This document shows, one piece after another, positions 25,754-38,064 of a DNA stretch of 64,000 nucleotides (positions are counted from its first letter, which is position 1; the number at the start of each line of letters is the position of its first letter). Origin of the DNA: Basidiobolus meristosporus CBS 931.73 (Eukaryota; Fungi; Basidiobolomycota). A program made the translations under genes and the position numbers. The stretch lies in the NCBI GenBank assembly GCA_002104905.1, contig MCFE01000150.1:1-64000 (forward strand), given 5' to 3'. Below the pieces are notes generated by a model. The model was not told where the DNA came from, ran no database searches, and saw only the letters and a program-made list of their open reading frames with translations.

Positions 25754-27482
25754 TCATGACCTCTCACTCACTTCCACCTTCATCCCATATCTCATGGGTG
25801 CTGTGATCGATGTCTCCATCTCGATTGTCTGGCCAGGCAGCAACTTGAAGTCAAAGTCGTTCATGATGTGGATCAATGTCGTCATGGCTTCCAGGATCGC
25901 CAAATTCATACCCAGGCAAATCCTGCATCATTCAAACCAACAAGAACGGATTAGCCGTGGGATCTTGTAAGTCTCCAGTCAAGGTAATCCATCCGACACT
26001 ACAAACCTTGGGCCTCCATGGAAGATGGGGTACTTGTACTGTGATTCCTGGATGACGGCCTTCTTGCCATGCTCGTCCTCGGTTAGCCAGCGCTCAGGTA
26101 TGAACTTGTCGGCGTCTTCTCCCCAGACTGACTTCTTGCGCGACATGGTGTAGGTCGACCATGTTACCACCCAGCCTTTTTTAACGGCCGTCCCATCCGG
26201 AAGAACACAATCCTTCTGACACTCCTTGGTGTTTCCAGGGACCGGGGGGTACAGTCTCAAGGCCTCTTTGAACACTGCGTGGGTGTACGGAAATTCGGCG
26301 ACAATGTCATACAAGTCGGAGTCGACGGTTGGCCTCGGTTTCGATTGAATCTCTTCGCGGAGTTTGGCAAGGACCTCCGGGTGCTCCAGTAAGCAGTATA
26401 AAGTGTAGGACAAGCCCTGATTGGATGGAGCAGGTTAGTGGGGGCCGCGGCCGCGAAGCATCTGGCTGTGCATGCACTCTTACTTGTCCAGTGGTGTCTC
26501 TTCCGGCCAGTATGATGTTCATGACCATGTCTCGCAGGAATTTTTCGCTGTCGCGGCCGGTAATGCCATCAATATCATCCACCTTGTCGGCCACTCCCAG
26601 ATAAATGGAGAGCAAGTCGTGGTGGCCTTCTTGCCGAGGGTCGTTCTTCCTTTGGCTGATAATCTTGTAGATGAGCTCATCAGCTACGTCGACGTCGCTG
26701 CGCAAGATGGCCCTGCCCCCATTGACAAGTTCTAGATATTTGGCATATGGGTTCAGCATTCGTTGTCGCAGCATGTTCTGGATTCGGTTGAATGCTAGGG
26801 AAAAGGGCGGGGTGGCTGGGGCGGTGAGTGACTCGGCCTTGTAGCCAAAGGCAATTCTACAGAAAGTATCCATGGTCATTCGATGGAAGATGTCATGAAT
26901 ATCGATGACCCCCTTGCTGGCAGCCATCTCCTTCAGATAAGAGTGAAGATTGTCGGCCTCCTCGAATGACACTTTGCTGATAAATTCCCTGAAGTTCTTT
27001 CCGGTGAATATACGGCTGGTCTTCTTGCGCTGCACACGCCACGGTTCGCCGTCAACATTGAAAATCCCATCTCCCTGAGGATGAGCAAAACATTAGACCA
27101 GGAACGCCCGCTCCGACGCCATAATGGGAATGCCACTTACCAATAGCGGCTCCAAATTGTCATGAAATCGGCGGCCTTTCAGGAAGATGTCGAAATTCTC
27201 TTTGAGGACAAATCGTATGGTCTGCGGATCGTTGGATACGACACGCACTTGCTGGAAGGGGATTTGAAATGCCCACGTCTGGCCTTTGAACCTTTCGCTG
27301 ACCTCAAGGACCCAGTTGTGGAATTTGTGTTTATTCTTGGCCAATTGGATGGCGTTCCCCAGGAGAGGGAGCCAATGGGGAGAGTTGTAGTTCTTGATGG
27401 GGTTGCTCAGCCAACTCCATATTATGCCAGTCAAGGCTAGGAGGAGAATGGCTTCCACTGTGATAGCATCGAGGGAGATCAT
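25754..27482 (-). CDS. Cytochrome P450, CYP86/CYP94/CYP704-like (fatty-acid hydroxylase type), multi-exon
   Basis: N-terminal TM, AGRDTT I-helix, EALRLYPPVP, FIPERW, and heme motif FHGGPR|ICLG split by an intron. Confidence 0.92.
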
Positions 27483-28570
27483 CGTCAAGGTTGGGGCGAG
27501 GTTGTGCCATCCAGCCTATATGTACACCGAGTAGGCCGGCTGTTTGAAACGGATGTTGCTTTCCTTGAATGGCAGCCACAAATCCAGCCAAATAAATTCC
27601 AATCCAACAGTAATTGGAGCACGGATGAAACAAGGAATCTAGAGTGAGAATCAGTTGTATCACACGCTACAATATAATGTCAATGGGAACTTATGTTGGT
27701 GTGCGCTGAGCTCCGCCGCAACCCTATCACAGCTCATCAAATGCAATCCCCACTGCCAACGGGTTCTCACTTGACACCGCTCCACTGTGGCCATAGTAGC
27801 ATTATCACATTCGAGAGCACGATCCATGCTTGGCGGTATCCAAGCCCCTTGTTCACTTGATTTTTAGTTGCGGGGTTTCGCCTGAGGAGCCCACAATCCC
27901 GAGTACGTGAGTCTATGTGAAATTAATTAGATAATCTCGTGGGCAGCGGCAGCTGCTATTGGCGTCGGCATAAAAGTATTTGTCATATGAAATCAACGTG
28001 TTTGGTGTGGGGTGGGACTACGCTCACTTACACTTGATTGTGGCAGAACCAATGAAGCACCCCGATCGCATTCAGCGTAGTATCAAGGCAAGCCGTCTCA
28101 CAGCTGAGCAAGGATTTCCACGGATCTACAGGGCTCCGACATCGGCTCAGTTGGCGGGGTGTTGGAAGCTTCCATCCAAGTTTCCTTCTTCAGGGAGATT
28201 TTGAAACAGGGTGGTGGCCCTCCCGATTGCCCTAAAGTACCTGCTCCCTACGCCTGTCATCAGAATATTCCATACATGCATGATGCATCCGTGGTACGTG
28301 ATGGGCCCACAGAATGTGGAGGATAGGTGTGCACCACTATGCGCTGCCATCCATGCTTGTGGCTAGGAAGGGCCATAGTGCTGGGCGCTGTCTGAACAGG
28401 GCCACTGTCTCGAAGAATGGTGCCGTTCCTAGCTGAGGCTAATTTGCAAGACAGTCGTTTTATTAACTGAGTTGGGCTTCGCGGTCTACGTAGCTTTGGC
28501 CCAAGGCTCTATGATTATTGGTTTGTAGCTGGCATATGGTTTCTAAAACGATTACAGTGGGTGGGCGTGC

Positions 28571-30088
28571 CTATGACTCATTACATAGCATGTTAAATAG
28601 GATTTGATTCTCGATCTCAACAACCTCGGAGCGAGCGTGGTTACTGGGGCAATCCAGGGAGTCTAGCTGCATAACGGGGTCCTTTCCGGCTCCTAGCTGA
28701 TAAACGTCCCAGACACGTGCATTCAGGTGCCGAACAAGCTCAGCAGTGGCGTACTTCTCGTACAATTCCACGCGAAGGCGAGAAAACCTGCGGCTGGTGG
28801 TGGTGGTGTCCACTCGACAACAGAAGTGCTGTCCAGTGCGAACGATCACCGGAACCCCCTTGCTCGTATACTGAGCCTGAAGCCGCTGGATCAAGTCGTT
28901 CAGGCTTTTGGCGAACTCGAGGAACGGGCTGAATGCGGCATCCCAGTTCACCAGGGATATGATCACGATGTTTGCTCTTGGAATCGGTGCGAGATAGGAG
29001 TCTTCAAGGACGTCTCTCCAAGGCGGGTTGTTGCGCCCAGTAAGTCCGTCCCACTTGTAGTGGTAGATCAAACTTGACGATACATTGATGTGTTGGACAC
29101 GTGCCCACTGGTCGAACCTGCTAAATGTCTCCACGTTATCCTCGCAAATACATGCTCTACCGGTTTGATCTTCGGCCCTACTGCACCACTCCCCTTGCGT
29201 AGTGATTTTCTTGAGAGCTCTGCGAGTGTTCGAATCACCATACCAGTGGATTGTTGGATATTTCTTTGAGATGCATTGCTCGAACTCCTGATAGGTGTAC
29301 CGGCGGTAGCGGCACTTGTACGGCACCCAAACCTTGTTGTGGTTCTCTGGGGTGGGTAGTTGAGCCAGCTCTTCGGGTGTGAACAGAGAAGCGTCAAGCC
29401 ACCTTCCAGGGTGATCTCCGCCCTCGCAGTACGGCAGATTGAAATGGCGACCGTGGTGATAGGGGTTGAAGCTGTCATCGTCACGCAGAGACAAGCGGAA
29501 ATTCTTGGGGGCTGCAACCTCTCGTGGGGCGTACGGCACAATGTCATTCCATTCAAAGTTCCACTCTGCCCTACGGTATTCCAACAAGGGTAATATCTCA
29601 TACTCTCCTGGATCGACCAGTTCCACGTCACCTTCGTAAATGTGCACTCGATCCTTGAGATAGGCTCCTGGAAGCTCCAGCAGCTTCATGTCTAAGGGAA
29701 TGGTGATTTTCTGGCGTGTTTCCACGAGACGTACCCACAGGCTATCCCACGGAGTTCCTGGATACAATGGAGAGTACCACACGCGATGGTCTGGATTCTC
29801 CACGGGCACCACAACGCGTATACAGAACCTCTCGTATGGTTTTAGTGTCACAGAGCCAGCACTAGGGACATGTATCTGCGCATCTCCAGTGGCGTTAAGT
29901 AGCTCGGTGTTCAGTGGGAACATGGAGCACCCGTAGGAGGGGGCTTGGACCGGTGGGAGACGCTGCTCCTTTCTGGGTTTGCCGCTCCGTAGATAGGCGA
30001 TGTTCTGGATAGGCTCTATGAAGACAAACAGAAGAAGATTCAATATCAGCAACGCCGCGACGATGATTAATTTGCCCCGGTTCATCAT
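28571..30088 (-). CDS. Type II membrane SGNH/GDS protein, NXPE/TBL (PC-esterase)-like, intronless
   Basis: N-terminal TM anchor; WVPYKCRYRRYTYQEFEQCISKKYPTIHWYGDSNTRR (W-x-P-x-x-C...GDS signature); C-terminal DCPSNH. Confidence 0.75.
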   Translation of the reverse strand: MMNRGKLIIVAALLILNLLLFVFIEPIQNIAYLRSGKPRKEQRLPPVQAPSYGCSMFPLNTELLNATGDAQIHVPSAGSVTLKPYERFCIRVVVPVENPDHRVWYSPLYPGTPWDSLWVRLVETRQKITIPLDMKLLELPGAYLKDRVHIYEGDVELVDPGEYEILPLLEYRRAEWNFEWNDIVPYAPREVAAPKNFRLSLRDDDSFNPYHHGRHFNLPYCEGGDHPGRWLDASLFTPEELAQLPTPENHNKVWVPYKCRYRRYTYQEFEQCISKKYPTIHWYGDSNTRRALKKITTQGEWCSRAEDQTGRACICEDNVETFSRFDQWARVQHINVSSSLIYHYKWDGLTGRNNPPWRDVLEDSYLAPIPRANIVIISLVNWDAAFSPFLEFAKSLNDLIQRLQAQYTSKGVPVIVRTGQHFCCRVDTTTTSRRFSRLRVELYEKYATAELVRHLNARVWDVYQLGAGKDPVMQLDSLDCPSNHARSEVVEIENQILFNMLCNES

Positions 30089-31067
30089 CTGGAAGACTTG
30101 GCTTGGTGTATTTCACAAGATGTATAATGGCCAGAGTTGGCAAGATCGGTAGGTAATGGATGGGATAGCAAGTCACAGGTCTGGAAACAAGAGGGATGAT
30201 TCAATGGCAGTAGGGAGGGCTCTTAAAAGGAGGTTAGGGGATATGCATGGAGGCCTATGCTAATTGATTATTGGATGCGCGATCCCATCTCTGATCTTGG
30301 TACCGCAACCAGCAGACATTTGAGATTCTGTCAATTACATGGTGGAGCCATCTCAAGCTGGCGGTTCTTAATTCTTTATACCGAATCCAACCAGCCGTGG
30401 ATGTCCGGAATACTTGTGTCATCGTCCAACCTGCTGCATCAATCGGATTCCAGATACTGTGGTACGCATTCCACCTTGATTTGCAAACACACCGCAGTGC
30501 TGGAAATCCTCCATGTCCAGAGCCACGCAGTTCCCCGATTTCCAAGTCAATTCGGAATCGACAGTATTGGCCAACCTCCCAGCGACCGTGGAGTACAGGG
30601 TGGAATGATTTGGTGGGTCTCAATGGGATGGGATTGCCGGATGCTGCTTGATAAGCCTCCTGGTTTGGCAATCCGTCACTGCTCTCATCGAGTATGACAT
30701 ATGGCTGAATGATCCGTAGACTGTAGTTGAAGCCTTGGTGCCATCCAAAGTGGCAGCAGGCTGGGCTTCGACGTGGACTTCATGCCAGATTCAGGCACAT
30801 CTGTGTATGGTTGGCGTGATGGCAAGCGTGGAGCAATTCACTGAAGGCTGGATGAATGGGTGACACAGGCGAAATTAGGAATTAAGGCGCCAGGCTGCTA
30901 GGATCAATCACTTTATTACAGTCACGCAGTACTGGTTTATGGGAGATCAAAACGATTGTTACTGCATCCTCAACAAGGTGGAATATATATTAGATTGAAT
31001 AAACAAGGTCACGCTTTATGAATAAATGATAACATCTGAATCTACAAATTAAATGCCAAATAGTTGG

Positions 31068-33353
31068 CTAGTTTTCGGTGTCGCTGTTTCTTCTGGATGG
31101 TGCGAGTGAGGTGGACGATACGTTTCTACTGTGATAGCCGATGGCGACGGATACCTCCGGGCCGCCCTTGTTGTCCATTCCTTCGGTGTCGCCGATTTCC
31201 TTTCTACGCTTTAGACTCGAGGATGGTCGCTCGATCCCCAGCGCTACCAAATTCACCGCGGAGTTTCGACTGGTCATGCCGTCTGCTGCCATTGGCTTCT
31301 GCATGGCCAAATTGGACGGTAGTGGTGTCTCAGGGTTGGACATAGAGCCCATGGTTTCATCCCTTCCTTCCTCCATGTCATCCACTCGTCTGTACTGGGT
31401 CATCGAGAATATACGAGGACGGAAGCTATCAAGGTTGATAATCTCGTGTCTGGATGGGATTTTGAGCGGCTTCTTCTTGATAACCTTCTGGTAAACCACA
31501 AACACCACACCTAGCACACTCAGGAGCAATAGGGCACGTTTTAGGATCGTCGGCAAGTGGGTTCCGTTTGTGGGCGGTGGGTGCTCCTTTGGTGGATTGT
31601 TGATGGGTGTGGCGATACTCTCAGGCGCGCGGTGGATAGACCCGGACACGCCTTCAAGCAAAACCGCACCAAGGGTCCAAGAAATCGGGAAGTTATTCAC
31701 AGTGTCGATAGACTGGAAGTTGGCTCTCTTCTTCTCTTCCACAATTTCAATGTTGACTTTCGAACCGTCTGGATCGGTAATCCTAGGTAAGCCTAGCCCC
31801 TCGTGGAGAATGTTCACTAGCCAGGCTGATTTGAAGCATTGCTTCTCTAATCTCTCTTCATCCACTGAGGGGGCGTAAACATTGGTTTGCTCCAGTCCCT
31901 CAACCATCTCGTCCCAAGTGGTTGCGCAAAATTTGCTTGCTCTCCTCTCAAACTCCACGTAGTCGTATTGCCCCCCTAGGCCCAAGATATCATGTGACGA
32001 ATACCAGTACTCCGAGACTCCCACAAATTGATGTACGCTGTAGTCCAACGTCGGTGTATGTACACCGTTAAATAGGCATGGTTCAACCTTGCACTCCACC
32101 GTCTTGTTCAGCAAGGGCAGCGATTTGAATAGGCAGTTGGAGAATGAGCCGGTTCCTTCAAACACGACATTGGGGTATTGGCTGTACTCCTTCCTGAAGC
32201 CAATCGGCAAGCAGGGCTCTTCGATAGCATGCTCGTTAGGGTGTTCTTCAATTAGTGCGTCGAGATACCGATTCCGAGCTTCGTTGGTCCCATAGCCCAA
32301 AAAGGTTGTCACGTACACGTTGTATTCTAAAATCGATCCATCTAACTTTCTCAATTTGATGTTACTCAGGTCGTTGGCGTGCTCTTTTGCGACCTCCCCT
32401 CTCGGTTCGAAAGCGATTTGAGTACTGGCACCACCCATATCCAAGAACCCAAAGGTGTTGGACGCCGCGCTCTCCGACTCAAATCCGCCCATGAGATAAT
32501 TGATGGCGATCCAGCCGTAGATTCCCTCGGTCTCGCCGCTTATAATCTGCACATGGCTGTTGCATTGATCTATTTTGAACTCGTAGCTGCCCTTAATGTA
32601 TGAGCAAGCTTCGTCAAGAACAGCCATCTGCTTGGACTCCGAGAGCAATCGCATCCCCGCGGTGGCCTTCAGATAAACGGGAGTATAAGCGATCTTTTCG
32701 GATGGTACAACCGATGCTGCGAAGTCTAATAGCGGCTTCAAGTGACTACCCACGTCCTCTGGGTTATCTCCGTAAGATGATATCCCTGGAATCCGAAGAA
32801 GGCGCTTAATACATCTCGAGCAGCAAGGAGGTAGTGTTCGGTGATGTGCGGCTGTATAACTTACCTGGCTCTTCCTTGTGTTGCCAGCGATCCCCTGTCT
32901 GATCCCCTTTCTCCACAATAGGCAAGGTGCTCGCAGAAATAACACCATCGCTTGGGCCGATATCCTTCCAAGAATAAACTTGCACCCTTGAACCCGAGCT
33001 ACCAGCATCTATCATGACTGCGAAATTTCGGTTAGCGTACCAGTCTTCTTTTTGGATAGGAACAGGTATGGGATGGTCCGATTGATAGGGTAAAGTGCTG
33101 AAAAGATCTCTGAACCAATGTACCACTGAAGGATCCAAAATGAAGGCAAACAATAAAATTATAAACAGCAGGATCAGCAAATACAACAAGCAAGTGGAGC
33201 GTCTATGTTGTCGACCTGAGATGTCCGTAAGATGGGTTAATCAATTGGCTGGATGGGAACCAGAGGATGTCTCAATAGCGTACCAAGTTTACGCCACCAT
33301 CTTCGCAACGACCTCGGCTCATTGCTCGACTGGCTATACAGAGGAAGGGACAT
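31068..33353 (-). CDS. YND1: Golgi apyrase / NTPDase (GDA1/CD39 family), multi-exon
   Basis: ACR motifs IDAGSSGSRV, KATAGMRLL, GETEGIYGWIAINY, DMGGASTQI and SWTLG. The start is extended by a small exon, MSLPLYSQ..., with ATG at 33353. Confidence 0.92.
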
Positions 33354-34614
33354 GTTTTTCCGGCAAGAGATAGGCGATGTTTGTCTGACCCACGGATGAC
33401 TCCAACTTTACTAACTGGTGCTGAGGAAAGTGACCAACTGGTGGATTAAGAATTTGGGTTTTGGCAGTATTATCCTGGTTGCACCCATTAATTGTTGGGG
33501 GAATATGTCCGAGTGTTATTGGCCTTATTTACGCAAAAAAAATTAGGGTCAATTATTTGGTGAAGCCAACCACGGTGTTTTCTGAACCACGAGTGGATGG
33601 TTGGAATTGCTAATGGGCGTAGAGGGGGACACCTATGAGGAACTAAACCAAGTAACTAATCTAAACAACCGATCAACCTGATTTAATCGGTGGTTCATTG
33701 GCTTGACAGTGTTCACCTGTCTGGCTATATGCATGAGCCTTGGCCTTATTCAGAGATTTGCTGATTGCAGTAAAGTGTATCGGAACCATCAGGAATGTGG
33801 CAGACTGGAGATGCATCGCCAGTGCAACCGCAACTTGGTGTTCTTCAGGGCCATCTGATTCAGCCTTTGGTCATTCCGAGATGACTTCAGCCAGCAATTT
33901 TCCCCTGTGAGCTCTGTTGGTCAACAGGTGTTCCAGGGGCTTGCATGGATGCTTCGAAAAGCCGACATCCCAACATATTTGTCGCAGTGCAGAGAAGAGA
34001 GCGCGGTTGAAGCCGATATGGCTCCGAGCTCATCTCGACAACGGCCGTGATCATGGGACCCAGGCTCATGACCGGCTCCTCCGACCAAAAAATGGGACTA
34101 GAATCGGATGAGCTCCACACCAGGGATTTCCTGGTTAAACGAAGTGCGCATACGGATGACGCAGAACAATCTCAGTCGAATCAGCCTGCTCAACGGATTG
34201 GTAGCCATCCGGCAACAATAGGAACAATGGGCCAAGCCTCGGAGCATATACCAGTGAATGGCCTCCGTGTCATGTGATAAGGGTGAGCCGGATCACCTGA
34301 GTGATCGTACAAGGCAAATGATGGATGTATACACTCCGACTGATCATTCACATGACATTAGATTTTATTTACAACAACGATGAGGGAACTTCGATTGTTC
34401 GATCGGGACTGGGTAAAGTATTGCTTGTTTTTGGCTGCTTTGATTATGGGAGTGGAGAGTTGAAATATACATTTCGGAAAGGGACGAGTTCGCTCAAGTG
34501 GACGGCCGGAAAAATGATGAATGCATTAGTTGTGATGGGCTGAAGGTTGTGCTTTGCTTATGCCCGGTTAAATTATTTAGGTGGGGGTGCGATGCTGTGC
34601 TGTGGCTAATGCGT

Positions 34615-35024
34615 TTAATAAAAGGTTCGACGGAAGAACGGAGCTTCCGTTACCTTGGCATTCCCAAAATACCCTTCCCCACGCACGGTGTGGTCGGGTG
34701 GGGTGATGGCCAGGTGGGAATGTGTTGAAGATAGAGAGGAAGCGGCGCTCGAGTGCTCGTGCTTTGTATAGGGTAGAGGAATGCACAGCGACACAGTGCT
34801 GGGTCTTCTGGCCTTAAGCGAGCCAGGCGTGGGGTGAAGCTCAAAGTTGGACATGTCGAAAGCAAGATTGGTGTTGTCGTTCGCTTTGCAATCCTGACTG
34901 CAGTACAGATCACCCTATGGTTGAGAAATGAGTTTAGTCAAATGGTCGCGGCTAGGAGGGGGTCGCGTGTGCGTACCTCAGCATCGACATGTTTGTCGCA
35001 GATGATGCACCAGTTGAGATCCAT
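34615..35024 (-). CDS. Ecl1-family small Cys4 protein (extender of chronological lifespan-like), 2 exons
   Basis: Spliced MDLNWCIICDKHVDAE|GDLYCSQDCK... with CxxC + LYCSxxC; Ser/Pro-rich tail; GT-AG intron with a CTAAAC branch point. Confidence 0.8.
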
Positions 35025-37062
35025 TGGAGTTGTGGTTTGTATCGATGAAAGCCGGGGACGGTTCGCAACCTGTGTGGTCGACGTAAAGTGGTACTTCGGA
35101 GAGCAGATGATAAATATGCTTGTTTGGCAAATGTGGCAATGGAAATGGTTGCTTTTATATCTCGCCCGTAGAGATCTGGTCTCATTTACCAAGCCATTTT
35201 CAGTAACCTCTATTAATGCAAGATTTGGTGAATGTGGCAAATCCTATTAGCTGAGCGAGTGACTGGTGCTGATGAGGATTCAGAAGTGGTGATCAGCATT
35301 GATCCAATTTGGGACCGAGACTCAATGGTTGGTGAAACATTGAGGTGATTAATTTGTTCGAAACCTTTCCTATCAATTACAGATGCTCTAGAGCTAATTG
35401 CTTGATTTAATTTCGGTCACACGCCTCAATGAGGAACTGAAAGCACCGGTTTAGGCTGACACATAATTTGCAAAAGCAATGGAGCATTCTTCATACCTTT
35501 TGACTCATTCACTCCTGTGTATGCAGTGGAATCATTTCCGTATAGATTCTGATCACGGGCAGTCCATGGGAAATCCTGACCTCCAAGCCCAATCACTGGG
35601 CCCAATTCATCTCACCATGCCCGATTAACCAGAGGCTGCTGAGGCTTGCACTTGTGGACTAATCACGCCACGGGAGATTGGAGTGTTCTCTTGACCCTCG
35701 GCATTGGTGTTCTAGAATCTGCGATGGACCAGGGTGCCCGCTTGAAAGGTCGCTAGCCGCTCTATCTCCTCAATATCGGATGGAGCAAGTGGATTGTGTG
35801 TTCAACAGGATGGGCAGCTGATCCGTCGGAGTCTGCCCTCTACCCTCCGAAAAATGTAGGATCAACGGCTGGTGTCCCAGGCCACTTGATGCCGAACACC
35901 ATTGTGGCGGCAAGCCTACTGTGTGTCATACAGAATCCATATGCTACTCAGGCGTCTGACAGATAGCATCCCGAGATCTACTAGCGCTTGCGAAAGACAA
36001 GTCCCCCTAAAATCCAACCTTTGGAGATGAGTAATACGGTATCGATTCACTCAGAGCTTCCGATCTGTTCTACAAGTGGTACTCATCTGACACAGTGTTC
36101 AGAACTGAATCGTGCGTCTACTTGGATTGTGCTCCTATTTGTTGAACCACACACAGAGAGAGCAGAAACATTCTTTAGTTTCTGCCATTTAAAGGTACTG
36201 TGGGGCCGTACTCTTAGATTGATTGAGGAATCAATAGTCTTTAGATTATGGTATCATGTGCAGTAAGACGTATCAACCGCTGATGTTCATCTCGAAAAAA
36301 CACGGCCGTTGCACAATCCTACTGGATGAATCCATGGGTGTATATGTAGCTTGTTTGGAACAATTCCTTTGGCCATGTTCAAAATCATCGAGGCGTCATT
36401 GGATTTATGGCGGTTCTTCCTACTGGGCGTCTACTTCATTACTCAATCGTATACAGTCAACCCGGGGTGATCGCTTTGTATAGCAACACTTGTCTATGAC
36501 TGTTGCTCATATACGCTCTTCCACCGTCCAATTGGTTGGTGGTGGCCTGGTGACAATCTATAGGAAGCTCAGCCGGCGGCCTCCTGAGTGGAATAACCAT
36601 CCCACGGAAATATACGCTTGCATGGTGCGCGACACCCATTTGCCTGGCTTTTGGGCCAGAAGACCCAGATTGGGCACCAATTCCGATGGAAATATGCGGC
36701 TATATTAAAGACGGCCATTGGGAATATTCGAATTTGCATTTCGGATCGGTCCAGCCAATCATACCCGTCCCATACCCATATGGATTAATGCCCGAGTAAT
36801 GAGGTCGTCCATTGCTGGATGCCGCTTCCTCTCCAATGACTGGTAGCTCGAGTGAGGGGTCGACTGCTATGGTTAAAATCATTGCTTTATATTGGATGTG
36901 AAACTAAATATAGCTACTGACAAAAATATCATCATTGGAAACACTGAAGGGTTCATTAGAACGTATGTCTAATCTAGCAACTTGGACAAGGAGGTATCCA
37001 TGAAATTCTAGCGGTATACAGTAATAGCAATAGTGACTGGCCCCGCCTAACCGAGGGTTGGC

Positions 37063-38064
37063 TTAAAGTTGTGGCAATACCATCCCCGACAACACCAGAA
37101 GCCCACTGACCCAGCTAAAGGCTTGCACGGCCGACGCGGAGTTTTGACTCTTGTCGCTGAAGCTGGTTGCCTGGCCCGGAACAAGGACCGAGTCAACAAC
37201 GTGGACAACGCCGTTGCTGGTTAGCACGTTGGGGGTGATCACCTTGGCGTTGTTGACTGTAAGGACCCCGTTGTTGTTTTTGATGTTCACGTTGCTACCT
37301 TGAGCTGTGGCGAGCAATCCATCCTTCAGTTCTGAAGAGTAGCCAACAGTTGTGGTGATGACATGATATTTCAAAAGGTCAGCGAGCGCGGTTGCGTTCA
37401 GTTTCGTGGTGTCAAAGCTTCTGAGCGCCTCGTTGCTAGGAGCAAAGATAGTGGCACCTTTGAAGCCGTCGATGGTTGATGTGATGTTGGCTTTGGTGAG
37501 AAGCTCTACCAGCGTAGTCAGGTTGGCAGCTTTAGCAGTCTCGCTTGGGCTTATCGGAGGAAGTAGCACTTGATCAATGATATGAGTCACTCCGTTAGAC
37601 GACTCAAGATCCGCCTTGATTACTTTGGCGCTCTTCAAGCCGAAGGACACCTGCACATCTTGGGTATTCTTAGATACACCCAGAACTTGCGTCTTGTTGT
37701 CCGGGAGATTCACCACGCTGGTGTCATTGAGAACGGTGGCTGGGAACTGGAGAGGCTTCAAGTCTGTAGACTTGACTTTGCCAGAAATAATGTGATACTT
37801 CAGAACATCCAAGACCGCGGTGGCATTGTTGGTATCGATATTGGCGGCCTTCAGAGCCGCATCGCTTGGTGCGAACAGGGTGAACTGATTTGTCCCGCTC
37901 AACAAGCTCCTGACCGACTCGAAATCGGAGTTGGAAACTAGGGTTGAGAAAGCGCCAAGTTCTTGGTTGGAGGAGGCGTTGTCAGCCAGACTCTTTTGAA
38001 CGTCCTGACACAAGGATCCGGAGGCAAGGAACAGAGTAGCAGCGGCAATGTTAGCGAATCTCAT
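37063..38064 (-). CDS. Secreted, probably GPI-anchored protein with two fasciclin (FAS1) domains
   Basis: Signal peptide MRFANIAAATLFLASG; FTLFAPSDAA and TIFAPSNEA; SNGVTHIIDQVL and SNGVVHVVDSVL; hydrophobic C-terminus after NSAS. Confidence 0.93.
   Translation of the reverse strand: MRFANIAAATLFLASGSLCQDVQKSLADNASSNQELGAFSTLVSNSDFESVRSLLSGTNQFTLFAPSDAALKAANIDTNNATAVLDVLKYHIISGKVKSTDLKPLQFPATVLNDTSVVNLPDNKTQVLGVSKNTQDVQVSFGLKSAKVIKADLESSNGVTHIIDQVLLPPISPSETAKAANLTTLVELLTKANITSTIDGFKGATIFAPSNEALRSFDTTKLNATALADLLKYHVITTTVGYSSELKDGLLATAQGSNVNIKNNNGVLTVNNAKVITPNVLTSNGVVHVVDSVLVPGQATSFSDKSQNSASAVQAFSWVSGLLVLSGMVLPQL

Noticed and set aside
36700-36882. 60-aa ORF downstream of the fasciclin gene
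   Set aside because: Short, with no family motif and no supporting exons found.
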